DNA from: Folioceros fuciformis
Lineage: Eukaryota
Direction: 5' to 3'
Assembly (NCBI GenBank): GCA_049999805.1
Contig: JBNGIO010005968.1
Span: 1-49,296 of the forward strand
Length of the DNA stretch: 49,296 bases
Notes under the pieces: generated by a model
Databases searched by the model: none
The model's input: the letters and a program-made list of their open reading frames with translations, nothing else
What the model was told of the DNA's origin: nothing
Shown: positions 38,852 to 49,296 of the stretch, in pieces
Numbering within the stretch: the first letter of the stretch is position 1
How the letters are laid out: each line of letters begins with the position of its first letter
Position numbers and translations under genes: made by a program

Positions 38852-40602
38852 TCAAGAGTTTCCCAGGCCATCGGCACCCTTCACTGGCCGTCGATTGAGG
38901 TAGCGAATGACAGCATCTTCCACCCTGCAACGCCAACGGGAAAACTTGTAAGTGGTCCCTCTCCAAGCAGAGAGTTAAATATGGCAAGGCAGGCGTGAAA
39001 ATCCGGAGGTCATACATACCAGGGCTGATTGTAGAAGTCCGACCGACGCTCCTTTTCGGCATTTCGGTTTGGTTGACCACTGACCATTTTCAGATCTCTA
39101 CTTTGGGATGCAATTAAGCCGTTGATGAAATCAACAGGTGAGTGGCTGAAACCAAGAAAGAAAGCTCTCCGCTTCCTGTGCTCATTGATTTTCCTTATAG
39201 AGGCACAGATGATCTCGTCGTAGTTGTCAATATCCCTGTGCTTTTCAATGTTTGCGAGAAAGTTGTTCATCTCCTTTTGCAGAGGAGCCGGAACATCCAC
39301 TGAAACATCGTAGCAAGATTGCCCTAGAGAAGAAAAACGAGGTGTCAGCAAGAGCGTCACACACAGGCGATCACCTATAGCTAGCTAGGCCCAGCCTCTA
39401 GCTCCCCCCTAAGGATACAAAGGTCAGGACAAACGTGTTACCTGCAGGGTTCCTGCCACTGACTTTGATGCGATGCTCAAGCTGAATGGGTTGAGGTGTT
39501 GAAAGATGCGGATGCAGTTTCTGGGCAACATAAGCAAACTTGATGGAATCGTCCTCAAGAATCTTGCGCAATGGTGGATCACAGTTGATGACCGTTGGGT
39601 CAGAGGGATTCTGGAGTTTCTTGCCCTTGATGTACTGCCATAGTGCAGCTATGATCCTGGGCCTGGTGTCCACCTCCACCCCGAGAAGCTCAGCAAGACT
39701 CTGAGACAATTTGAACCTCTCAGGACTGTAACTGAGCTCTAGCTTGATCTTGACGTTGAACTCCTTGTCCCCCTTCCTCTTGATCTCAAAACCCTCCACG
39801 GAGTTGTTGGTCCGTGCTCCATCCCAGACAATGGTGTTATTGTCCGGGTACAAGAGTGGATCCAAGTTAACTGATATCTTCTTAAAAAAGGAAGAGAACT
39901 TTGGCAGGTTGGCAGCCGCCTGAGAATCCAACCCAGCTTCGTCGAGAAGCCGTCCCATAATTCTAAGATTCCAAGACGGTCCATCCTGCGGTCTACCCCC
40001 TGGCAAATTCTGTGCGTGATCATTCACTTGGTTGTGGTAGGTATTGAAAATATACATCCTAAGAGTGCGTTGCATTCGAGGCGGGTTCCTATGTAGACTC
40101 CACGCACAAACAACCCACCACCAACACATCAATCATGCAGAACATCCCAGTTGGAACTGCCAAGTGAAAAGACGCTTCACAGCACATAGCACAAGGGCAG
40201 CTCCAACCAGAAAAGCCTTTACCTAACAGCCTCCTGAATGTCCAGCTTCTTGCGGGTGAGAGCGGCATCCACCCGAGCCTCGAACTCCAGCAGCTGCGTG
40301 TAGATAGCGGACTCCGGCAGCAGCGCTGCTATGCGTTCCGGCAGCTGCTTTTCTTGCACCTTGCGCTTCTTCCTGCGGGCAGCTGGAGCTAGCTCCTGAG
40401 CCTTGTAGGCGTTGTTAGTCACTGCTGCAGTGGACGCCACAGCCGACGACGGTGCTGGCCGCCCCCTCTTCTTGCTGGGAGCTGCCATGCCTTGGCCTCC
40501 ACCTCCAGTTGGTGGCGTTGCCACTCTGTTGTACACCGGGGACGGCGCCTGGCCGTAGGGTTGCATCTGCGCGCCTGACCCTGCTCCCTGCATCGCTGCC
40601 AT
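38852..40602 (-). CDS. SWP73: SWI/SNF complex subunit BAF60/SWP73 (SWIB/MDM2 domain), 4 exons
   Basis: LPESAIYTQLLEFEARVDAAL.RKK.DIQEA; TLR.YIFNT; SWIB domain DTRPRIIAALWQYIK.KKLQ; IHEH-like INEHRKRRAFFLGFS.SPVDFIN; last exon WVEDAVIRYLNR...GNS* (TGA 38852-38854). Confidence 0.95.
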
Positions 40603-42046
40603 CCCTGCTGCCGCAACTCACATGCTTGCCATCCTTCACAGCAGTGCCTGCAGGTCCTCCCTCCGTCTTCCGCCTCTCTATACGGCTGTTCACCACAGCA
40701 GAGGCCAATCGGAAAACCACAAGCACGTTTCCTCAGACCTGCCTCCTGATGCGTAGACGAGCTCAAGCACTTCTTTCCACTGCTCTTCGAGATCCCGACG
40801 CAAACAGCTGAGCCTTACGTATGGGTGCAGAAGGCATTCATTCCTGAGCTCCACCAAACTACCGAGGTAGTGCATCGTCCATACGCGAGCTAACAAATCG
40901 GTTCCCGCATGCCCACTAAACCAGGCACGATTCATACCTGTGAACGGGGTAGTTAATATTATTAGTCCTCCCTTAAGCACTAACATGTAGGTAAACACTG
41001 ATATTATTCAAATCATATTATATTATATAAAGTAACGTTCTACAAACTTTGCAACTTTGCAGAGAACGTCTCACATCAGGCTCTAGTGGAAGATTGCCTT
41101 GAAACAAATCTGGGCTCGGAGACTTCGGAGCCAAGATTATGGCGTTTACAACAGTTGGTAGTTTAGGGCTTCGAATTTGGGAAGCAGATCAACGCATATG
41201 GGGATGCTGCACTCTAACGAGCAGGGAATGGAGTCGAAGGGAGCACTCCCGACTTTCCTGGCACGCACCCGTAGCCGACTACTCAGCTCTCCACTTGCAA
41301 ATGCATTCCGTTGATCATCTTACTGCCGGTTGATGAGCAACCTTCCCGTCTCCTACCTCACTTACAGCCTCAATCCCTAGCCATGCATCTGCCACGCCCG
41401 AGACAGCTGTTGCACAAGGCTGCTGCACCGGCTCGACGCTACCAAAGCTCAGCCACAGTTCAACCTCAGGAGCCAAACCTAAGCGAATCGATTTGCCAGA
41501 CAGTTGTGCAATGACAGATCCTTAGCAATCTTCAGCAACTCTGCGATACGACGGCAAGGCATAACACAGGCTCCACACCCGCAACCACTGTCACCGCAGC
41601 CCCGACCCCGCCGTGCCACCTCTCCTCCTGGAGAGCTTTTGTGCTTAAAGACGAGACAAGTGTTGCACAACTTTGCCGAACCGACTAGCAGACGCTCGCG
41701 AAGCTCATCAGTCACCGACTACATGAGCGGAACTTACCCGATTCACTTCGCCACACAGCTACGCGATTCCAAATCGTTACAAATTCTGTGCACCGACTTC
41801 AGGTCAGGGCGCCACGTACGCTCCTCACCTCCGACCAACACAACACATCCCCGTCGCATTTGCAAGTAGCTGCAGAGCACGACCGGAGCCGCAGCTCCGG
41901 TCGGGCCATGCCACCGATCTACCGGGATACCTTTTGCTCTTCGAGGCAAGGCTTGTGCAACGTTGGTCCAGAGGCAAGCACGGTTGTACATTTTACACTC
42001 CAAAATTGTTCAAATTAAATCTAAATCTTACGCCATCGTATCAGAA

Positions 42047-42409
42047 TTACTCCACTCCCGAAACATTAAATGTATGAAATATTCGCACAAAACACTTAAC
42101 GTTATTCCATACTCTTACGAACGTATGAAGTGCAAAGTCATGTGCCACCTGACCTCGATCTAACATACTTCTACAAAGAGGACATGTATTGCGGCCTTGG
42201 GCAACCCAACGATAGACACAATGGGAGTGAAATCTATGTCCACATGATCTCAATTGAGTCACACTAGACATTTCAGCTAGTTCTTCCATGGGATGATAAC
42301 ATATAGAGCAATCTTCTTGATTTGCTTCACCATCTCGATTTCCTTCACCATTTCGATTTGCTTCACCATCTCGATTTGCTTCACTATCTTGATTTGTAGG
42401 CTCAGACAT
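42047..42409 (-). CDS. Small RING-H2 zinc finger protein (putative E3 ligase), single exon
   Basis: CSIC...CGHRFHSHCVYRW....CPLCR is a complete C3H2C3 pattern, preceded by acidic hexapeptide repeats. Confidence 0.8.
   Translation of the reverse strand: MSEPTNQDSEANRDGEANRNGEGNRDGEANQEDCSICYHPMEELAEMSSVTQLRSCGHRFHSHCVYRWVAQGRNTCPLCRSMLDRGQVAHDFALHTFVRVWNNVKCFVRIFHTFNVSGVE
42319..42396. repeat. 18-bp tandem repeat (about 4 copies) encoding EANRDG-like units
   Basis: Unit GATTTGCTTCACCATCTC repeated with few substitutions. Confidence 0.9.
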
Positions 42410-44068
42410 CCTCTCAAGTAGCTAGGCAATCTTGTGTAGTCTGGAAGATGATTATCTCAAATCAAGCTCGCTACAATGTTGTACCCACAAAGAAGAGGTT
42501 GCTCATGGTCCACTTGGATATGAATGCTTCATTTCCCACATAGAGATCAGATAAGTACGTCATATATTTGTTGGATTGGTTGAGATAAGTAAACCAAGGA
42601 GAGGCATCGAAATGGGCCAATGTACATAAACTCATAGACTCAACCCAGTCCTTAAACTTAGAACAATGCAGTTATTGCCTACAAGGCTCCAATTCGAGGT
42701 AGTAAGTGAGTCGTAGATGTGAGCATGTATCTTCTCAGTAGGCTAAGAATTGTCCACAAGTTAATTGAGACAAGTGCTGCCACACCACATTGTCCATGCA
42801 TCACACCATTAGAACATGCCCACAACATTCCTCACTCTCGTACCCAATAGGCACACTGCATACCAAATAGAGCCACTCATATTAGGTCAGAGAGGCGACA
42901 TAGTGAGCACCACACTTCTCTACGTGCAAACAGCCTTGCAGGCATCCAAGGTGAGTGGACAGTCACGAACCTATGAGCACTCATATGGCCACAAAGTTTG
43001 CAATGCTCCTCACTAGTTGCCACGAAGATGCCTTCTACCCACCATTGTTGTGTGTGTGTAGGCTTATGTTTGTGTTGTTCTACATTTTTCCACCATGGAA
43101 GTTTAAGATACCATATCAATCGATTTGCATTCCAGGTTGTCCAACAGTTTTTAGAGTTGAAATATAAGAGGGTTGTAACCCTAAGATGGCCCTAAAAAAA
43201 AATTAGGGTTTACGGTTTCTATGCTCATCCAATTGTCATCACTTTTTCACTCAATATTTACATAAGTATTAGTATTAGTTACACATCAAACTTAAAATCC
43301 CTTAAAGCCCCTAGCACTTACACAAGCATTGAATAAATATAAATATCTCGTAAGTAGAAAAGTTTACTTACAATAATATCAAATTAGACTAAAGTAAAGG
43401 GTTGAAAATTTTTACTTATACTAAACAAAAATAAAAAAAGTAAAATTTCATTAACAAATAACCCCTTCTATTTCTAAGCTTAGCTACATGCTTTAAAGCA
43501 AGCCATTCCCTTCAAGCATACATACAGATTTTAGTGCAAAACCATAGTATACTAAATATAAACATTCTTTTTCACAATATTTATTTCCATATCTATTTTA
43601 AGTATTATTTTATAATTTATAAAATAATATATTTATAGTTTAGAAAGACTAGAAACAAAATTCTTACATCTAAGAACTAGAGGTTTTCAATCATAATATC
43701 AAATTTTATTCCAAAGGGGTATGAGTAGATTTTTTCATAATCTAGTATTTATTTCAAAATATATATATATAAGAATAAATAAATCAGAGTTATATCCCAT
43801 AATAGAGATGAGGTTATCCCTAGCCTTGATTTACCAAGATTATGTTTGTGTCCTTTAGTCTGCATTGAAATTTATTTAACAATAATTTAATGTAATCAAT
43901 TACATATTTGAATGCTTTATGTTTAAGTGCAAAACATCTTTAGCAATGTGGTAGCTATTATGTGTTAGGTTAATGATTCACATTACATGCAAATGCACCT
44001 CAAGTATTCGGAAGGTTCCCATAACAGCATATGAAACCTAACCTAGAGAACAGTTTGAATTTGGCCTA

Positions 44069-44704
44069 ATGGGTGGCTGTGAGTCCTCAACAGGCACAGG
44101 GCCACCACCCACAATATATGACTACTCTGTAGTTGATAGTGAAGGAAACAATGTCGATCTTAGTATATACAAGGGCAAATTACTGCTTGTGGTCAATGTG
44201 GCTGCCCAATGTGCATTAGCCAATTCTAATTACCAAGGATTAGCTGCGATATATGATAAGTTTAAGATTTTAGGGTTTGAAATTCTTGCTTTCCCAACTA
44301 ATCAATTTGCTAGTGGGTCTCCGTCGTCTAATCAAGAGACAGCAAGTTTGATTTGCACAAAGTTCAAGGCCCAATATCCTGTCTTTGGTAAGATAGAAGT
44401 GAATGGACCCAATACCCATCCCCTTTATCAATTTTTGAAATCAGGGAATGGATCTTCTTGGCTTGGGAACTATATTAAGTGGAACTTTACCAAGTTCTTG
44501 GTGGACACAAATGGGCATGTGGTTGCACGCTATGCTCCTACAACAAACCCAACTTGTCTTGAGAATTCTATTAAACAACAACTAGGAATGGTAGGGTTTC
44601 TTGCCCATATGATCATAATCTTACATTTTATGATTTTATTATTTTATGATGCTGGTTGTTTTAATTCTAACCCTAGCAATGCTCGTGCATGTATAGGGCA
44701 ATAA
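44069..44704 (+). CDS. GPX: Glutathione peroxidase-like (thioredoxin-dependent plant GPXL), intronless core; C-terminus uncertain (possible splice donor at 44591)
   Basis: TIYDYSVVD..G..VDLS.YKGK.LLVVNVAAQC, GFEILAFPTNQF, CTKFKAQYPVF.KIEVNG, HPLYQFLKS, IKWNFTKFLVD.NG.VV.RYAPTT.P. Confidence 0.88.
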   Translation: MGGCESSTGTGPPPTIYDYSVVDSEGNNVDLSIYKGKLLLVVNVAAQCALANSNYQGLAAIYDKFKILGFEILAFPTNQFASGSPSSNQETASLICTKFKAQYPVFGKIEVNGPNTHPLYQFLKSGNGSSWLGNYIKWNFTKFLVDTNGHVVARYAPTTNPTCLENSIKQQLGMVGFLAHMIIILHFMILLFYDAGCFNSNPSNARACIGQ

Positions 44705-45425
44705 TTTTTATCTGGGACAACTTCTTCAAAGCTGGAATACAGATGGTACTTGTTGTTAATTAAACAAAATTGTACACTATGATGTGAAGATAGGAGTATT
44801 CTTTATTATGTTAGCAGTGTATATGACAACCTAAGATAAATGCTATGATGAGACAAGTTTTAGCAACACCAGGAGATAAGAGGTTAGTTAAAAAAACTAT
44901 ATGTTCTTATTTTGAGTCAGCAATAATTAGTCTTTATTTTCCTGACCACAAAGTTCTCACATCCAGGTGGGTTTCCAAATGATAAAGAGTAAAATTATTA
45001 CAACTAAAGTAGTAAATTAATAAATGAATAAAATTTAAGGAGGCAGTGGAGATGCGGGCCCTAAATCATGAGCCAAGTAGTTATTAATCATAAATAATTG
45101 ACATGGATATTAGTCATAAATAATTCTTTTATTTTAATTAGGTTTCTTTAAGGTTTTAATTTTACGATTTATCCTTAAAATGTTTGTTGTTAGACTGCTG
45201 CTGTGAGATTGTTTTCTTTTTAACAAAAATATCATGTTCTAAAACGGAGAGGTTGTATATATAACATCAAGTGGATAGAGACGTCTCCAAAAGCGTCGTG
45301 AATCGCATCTACACCAAGGTAAGGTGCGGCATTGTCCCTTTCAAGCGTAGAGATGTTTGATACCGAGTACGAAGTGCGAATTGGATGTGAGGGCTTGCTG
45401 CCAGTGGTGCAGCGCTTGCACTCGA

Positions 45426-45884
45426 TCAAGCCTCACATTTGCAAATGGAGTTGCAATCGTACGTGGGGACTGCCTGAGCCAACTCCACCTGTGACTCCCG
45501 CAATTCGGCTCCCAGACTCAGCGACATCCCTGAGGCCGGTGCAGATGCGAACGGATCAGGAAGGTCTGGAGTGAAACCCGTGCCTTCCTCAGGCGGGGAG
45601 GGAGGCGGGATGATGTAGAGATCTGGAGGCGGAGGAGTGCTGCCGTCCGGGCCAGGAGGATAGTTGCAGGCACAGTTCCCGATCTCGCAGTAGTATTTGT
45701 CGCCGCAAGGCCCGTCGCAGACCGCCCCCCACGCCAGCCGAGTGTCCGACTCGCTTGCCAGTAGTCCCAGACGCGGAACAGTTCTCGGAAAGGGAGGCGA
45801 GGTGCCTGCGGCGCTATGCACCAAAGCCACCGTAAGGAGCGGCAAGACAAGAGAAAAGGCATGAGCATGACCGTATCTCGCCAT
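45426..45884 (-). CDS. Putative secreted cysteine/proline-rich protein (alternative ATG at 45926)
   Basis: Hydrophobic signal-like segment FSLVLPLLTVALVHSAAG; Cys cluster CDGPCGDKYYCEIGNCAC; Pro-rich linker; C-terminal DCNSICKCEA. It is a GC-rich island within AT-richer flanks. Confidence 0.65.
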   Translation of the reverse strand: MARYGHAHAFSLVLPLLTVALVHSAAGTSPPFPRTVPRLGLLASESDTRLAWGAVCDGPCGDKYYCEIGNCACNYPPGPDGSTPPPPDLYIIPPPSPPEEGTGFTPDLPDPFASAPASGMSLSLGAELRESQVELAQAVPTYDCNSICKCEA

Positions 45885-46796
45885 CTCGTTCGTTTCCTGC
45901 TCACGACTTACGTTTCTGTTTGCCATATGTACTCGCGGTTGAGGGGAATCTGTAGCTATGGAAAGCCGTGCTGGTTGTTGAACAACTGCTGATGGAATAG
46001 ATGCTGCTTGGCTTGACTTGCCCTTCGGATCCAGAACAAGATGTTATAGCTTTCCTGTTATCCCTTCTCGGAGAACAAGGAATTCCATGAGGTACTGTTC
46101 ATGTTGGTTCTTCGTAACCTGAATTGAAAGGACAAGCATGGCGTTTAAGAGCAAACAATACGTCACGGGACGACCTCAAGACGACGAATTCAAGAGAAAA
46201 GAATTGACTACGTTGACTACCGATTACACGGAAACAGACAAAACTGACACCCTCGGGCCAACGGAGATACTGTACTCTTCTGCCCTGCGGCTAGCTTGAA
46301 ACATTCCCGTCTCATCTTCCCACAGTTCCTCCTCCAATTGCAGAAAAGATGAGCTGCTAACTTTGCAGCCGATGTGAACATGGATCAGAACTTAGGCATT
46401 AAAGAGATCCAAACGCTAGAGCAGCTCCCATCCGAAGAGAACAAAGAGATGGCGGTGAATAAGGATGACGCTGGATGCCTTGACATCTCCAGAGTTCAAG
46501 TGTTGGCAATATGAAATTCAGACTACCACATAAACATGTGGGAGAGATCAGAGCCCTGCTTGCGAGCCAGGAAGAGCATGACCCTGCCTCTCGCCCTCGG
46601 AAGCCTTGAATGTCCGCAACCGCGACAAGGACATCTGCATTATTAGGGTTTTCATAAACACAGACCAGACAAATTGTCTCGTAGCTGAGAAGTCCTGAAG
46701 CGAAGTTTAGAGGAAAGCTGGAGCTGGGGGACTGTTTGTCAGAGACCATTTGCTCGTTTGAGGTGAAAACTTAGACTGGTGGAATTACGGATGCTA

Positions 46797-48011
46797 TCAT
46801 ACAGCTTTGTTGGCATTCCACATGGAGTAAAGCCATGGCAACTGAGTGAGATGCATGGCCAAGTAGAGAGTCCAAACCGCTGCCAGAAGCCGCAAAGTCA
46901 CTGCCAAGATCGCTCCGCCAAACAATACGTAGACCATCTCAGCACCTCTCAGTAATTGCACAAACCTGTATCCCGTGAACAGAATCGGGACAAGTGGGAA
47001 GACTGGCACACGGTCATTGTACAGGAGCCTTTCGTAGGCAACCTGAACGAAGATGAGGGCCAGATATGGGACCAGAATACAAACAGCCATACCAAAGGTC
47101 CTGGAAAATACTGAGAACAACAAAACAGCGATAGCAACTGCAACTCCGAGATAGCTCAAACAGTTCTGCACATGCGGTAGCCCCTTGGGGTAGCCTGTAT
47201 ACTCCCACGGTCCAATCCAAGATGCAGGTCCCCCGGGCACCGTCTGATGGTGGCCCGCCTTGTTGGCAAGGACCAGGAACAGGTCCGCCGACAAGACAAA
47301 CAGGAGGTCCATGGCCAGGGACGCAACCAGGCCCTTGACATGTGAATTCGCAAACAGGTCCGTCACTGGAAGAACAGCAGGTGCAACGAACAAGGTAGTC
47401 GTTGCCAACAGCGGCCCGGCCAACCATGCGTATCCTGCTCGCTTTGTGACAAAATATGCTACCTTGGTTCTCACCGAGCTTTGCCTCTGAGGTCTAGGTC
47501 TGCGCTCAGTTCCCCTGTCAGTAGAAGCAGGGGCTTCCTCCCTTCTGTCACGCCTTGTGCTCGATGCCGCATGGCTATGGTTTGCAGAGTTCCGCTCAAA
47601 GACGACCGACTCGCGGCCGGCGATATCCGTCTGCCCTTCCCTACACGAAGGGGACCCGTCCTCAGAGGCTTCAGCCGCTCTAACGGCCACTTGCAAAGTC
47701 CTTCCACGGGAAGAGAGCACATATTCGCCGGCTCTGTTCCCGACGACGGCGCTTACACCTCCGAGGCACGCTGCCGCTCCACGATCTAGGCATACACAGC
47801 CAGCACGAAGAACAGGTCTCCTCTTCTCCAACACCGGTGAGAAATTCAATGTTGCCGGCGCAGAAAGCCTTCGTTCAATTTCGCAACTTGATTGCAAATT
47901 TGAAGACGAATGCCTGCCGAACGGGAAGCTGGCAACAAGCTGTGCCGACATAGCAGACGCCAACAGAGATCTAGACGCTACCCGTGCATTACCGGCACGG
48001 ACTACATCCAT
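46797..48011 (-). CDS. Putative plastid multi-pass membrane protein of unknown function (resembles the At1g48460/At5g63040 family), single exon
   Basis: About 400-aa ORF with a Ser/Arg/Ala-rich transit-like N-terminus and about 6 TM segments. WLAGP and YERLL....PVFPLVPILF.GYR..QL.RGA resemble that family as recalled. Confidence 0.75.
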   Translation of the reverse strand: MDVVRAGNARVASRSLLASAMSAQLVASFPFGRHSSSNLQSSCEIERRLSAPATLNFSPVLEKRRPVLRAGCVCLDRGAAACLGGVSAVVGNRAGEYVLSSRGRTLQVAVRAAEASEDGSPSCREGQTDIAGRESVVFERNSANHSHAASSTRRDRREEAPASTDRGTERRPRPQRQSSVRTKVAYFVTKRAGYAWLAGPLLATTTLFVAPAVLPVTDLFANSHVKGLVASLAMDLLFVLSADLFLVLANKAGHHQTVPGGPASWIGPWEYTGYPKGLPHVQNCLSYLGVAVAIAVLLFSVFSRTFGMAVCILVPYLALIFVQVAYERLLYNDRVPVFPLVPILFTGYRFVQLLRGAEMVYVLFGGAILAVTLRLLAAVWTLYLAMHLTQLPWLYSMWNANKAV

Positions 48012-48948
48012 GATTTCAGCCAAGCTTCAGCAATCACGTCGGTGCAAAACCATCCTCCCCCTGCAACATTGGAAGACGGGAAAGAAGCAGCTACGCGAGG
48101 GCGGGCCTGACTAACATGCAATGCCAAGTGGACACCATGCGGCTGCTCTCCATGTGGCAGCACTACCTGTTTTCGGCCATGGAATATCCAGCTTTGCAAC
48201 CTCCAGACCAGGAGAAATGCCTATTGCAGTGCAAGCGCAAGAATCTGTGTTTCCCCATCCTACGTGTAGCTTCTCTACTGGAGGGAGCGAGCTGTCCTCT
48301 TCCCGTTTGTCACCGTCACATGGCTATCACAGGTGTATGGTTTTCACGTCTATCCGATCTCACTTTCACTAGCATGTGAGCCTCGCAGATCTCCACCTCA
48401 ATCAGACACTTACGTTGTACACATGTTGGAGCTTTGATTCGACTCGGGAGCTGCAGATGCCTGTTCAACTCTAGGCACTTTGACCGCGTAAGCGCTATGA
48501 ATGGTGAAAGCTCCATGGAGCGGATGCTTATTACAATATCAGGGGTTCCGTGTGGCGAGCGCACGACTGGGCCTAAAGTGGTGGCACCGCGCCACAAAAG
48601 TCCCAAACAACGGCACACTCTGCCGGGCAACGGCACTGGATGTGTACTGTAGGCAAATGGCTTGGACGAATGCAGATGGCGCCGCACATGCTCCGGTGGG
48701 TGAGTTCGCACAGCACACGTATGGCCTCGATTCAGCATAATGTGGCCCCGCCGGACGCTTACTGGCCCGGATGCTTACACGGCCGGGCCGGATTAAACGA
48801 CCCCGGGCAGGGCCGGCCCGGCCCCGCCCGGCGGTAGGGGCAAGAGCGGGTACGGTCGCATTTAAGCGGGTATTAGATTCGCCAAATTAGGCTACATGCA
48901 GACGTAAGGTTAGCCGTGCGGCGGGCCCCCAACGCGCTTGGTGTCCCG

Positions 48949-48978
48949 GCAACGGCGCAACGGCGCAACGGCAACGGC
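48949..48978. repeat. Short tandem array of GCAACGG(C), 4 copies
   Basis: GCAACGGCGCAACGGCGCAACGGCAACGGC. Confidence 0.8.
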
Positions 48979-49296
48979 AGCATCAGCATGGAACGTTGGC
49001 GACGCGACAACAACTGGTGACTGGTTCAGTCACAGAGCCATTTGTCAGAGCAGAGACGACCCCTTCGCTGCTCCCCGCACGCCCGAACCGGTCTTGGGCC
49101 CGGGCCCAGGCCCGCGTCCAGATGCGCCCACACAACGCCCTGCGCAGGGATCAGGTCTTCCTGGAGATAGGAGAAGATCCCCTGGCTCAGCTCTCTCATC
49201 AGCTCGCCTCCTGCCGCTGATCGTGCCAGCGTCGATCTGCTCGCGCCCCGAAAAGCTCCTGGGTCTCTGGCCCCTGGAGACTGGATGGATGGCCCC

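Noticed and set aside
41139-42018. Several 60-120 aa ORFs upstream of SWP73
   Set aside because: No recognisable domains or consistent exon structure.
42533-42570. TCCCACATAG followed by TATAT, resembling an snRNA USE-TATA promoter
   Set aside because: The USE is imperfect, the spacing is shorter than expected, and no recognisable snRNA, 7SL or TR sequence follows.
43176-43212. Telomere-like AACCCTAA...TTAGGGTTT inverted motif
   Set aside because: Only isolated units are present, not an interstitial telomeric array, and this is plausible by chance in AT-rich DNA.
49029-49296. Open minus-strand frame at the window end (...LMRELSQGIFSYLQEDLIP...)
   Set aside because: It could be the 3' end of a neighbouring gene, but it is truncated and has no recognisable motif.

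Overview
This is gene-dense eukaryotic nuclear DNA from a seedless land plant. It has short (about 70-130 nt) GT-AG introns, plant-type genes and ciliary genes, which implies flagellated sperm; a hornwort- or Selaginella-like genome is my inference. In order, it contains: a degenerate BTB/POZ fragment, a SAM-dependent methyltransferase (+), a full-size peroxisomal ABCD transporter (-), a PTC52-like Rieske oxygenase (-), a GH28 polygalacturonase (-), an intronless kinesin-9/KIF6 (-), a divergently transcribed FAM184-like coiled-coil gene (+), TERT (+), an orphan double-zinc-ribbon ORF (-), a PAP2 lipid phosphate phosphatase (+), prephenate aminotransferase (+), BAF60/SWP73 (-), an AT-rich island with an intronless RING-H2 (-) and an atypical GPX (+), a small secreted Cys/Pro-rich protein (-) and a putative plastid membrane protein (-). 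There are three 100-N scaffold gaps. The most notable observations are: (1) the GH28 stop and the PTC52 start lie only 36 nt apart, on the same strand and in frame, suggesting a bicistronic or overlapping locus; (2) a head-to-head KIF6/FAM184-like ciliary pair; (3) a GPX lacking the catalytic Gln; (4) TERT with expanded insertions. I found no RNA gene, telomerase RNA or CRISPR array. All family assignments come from recalled motifs, not database searches.
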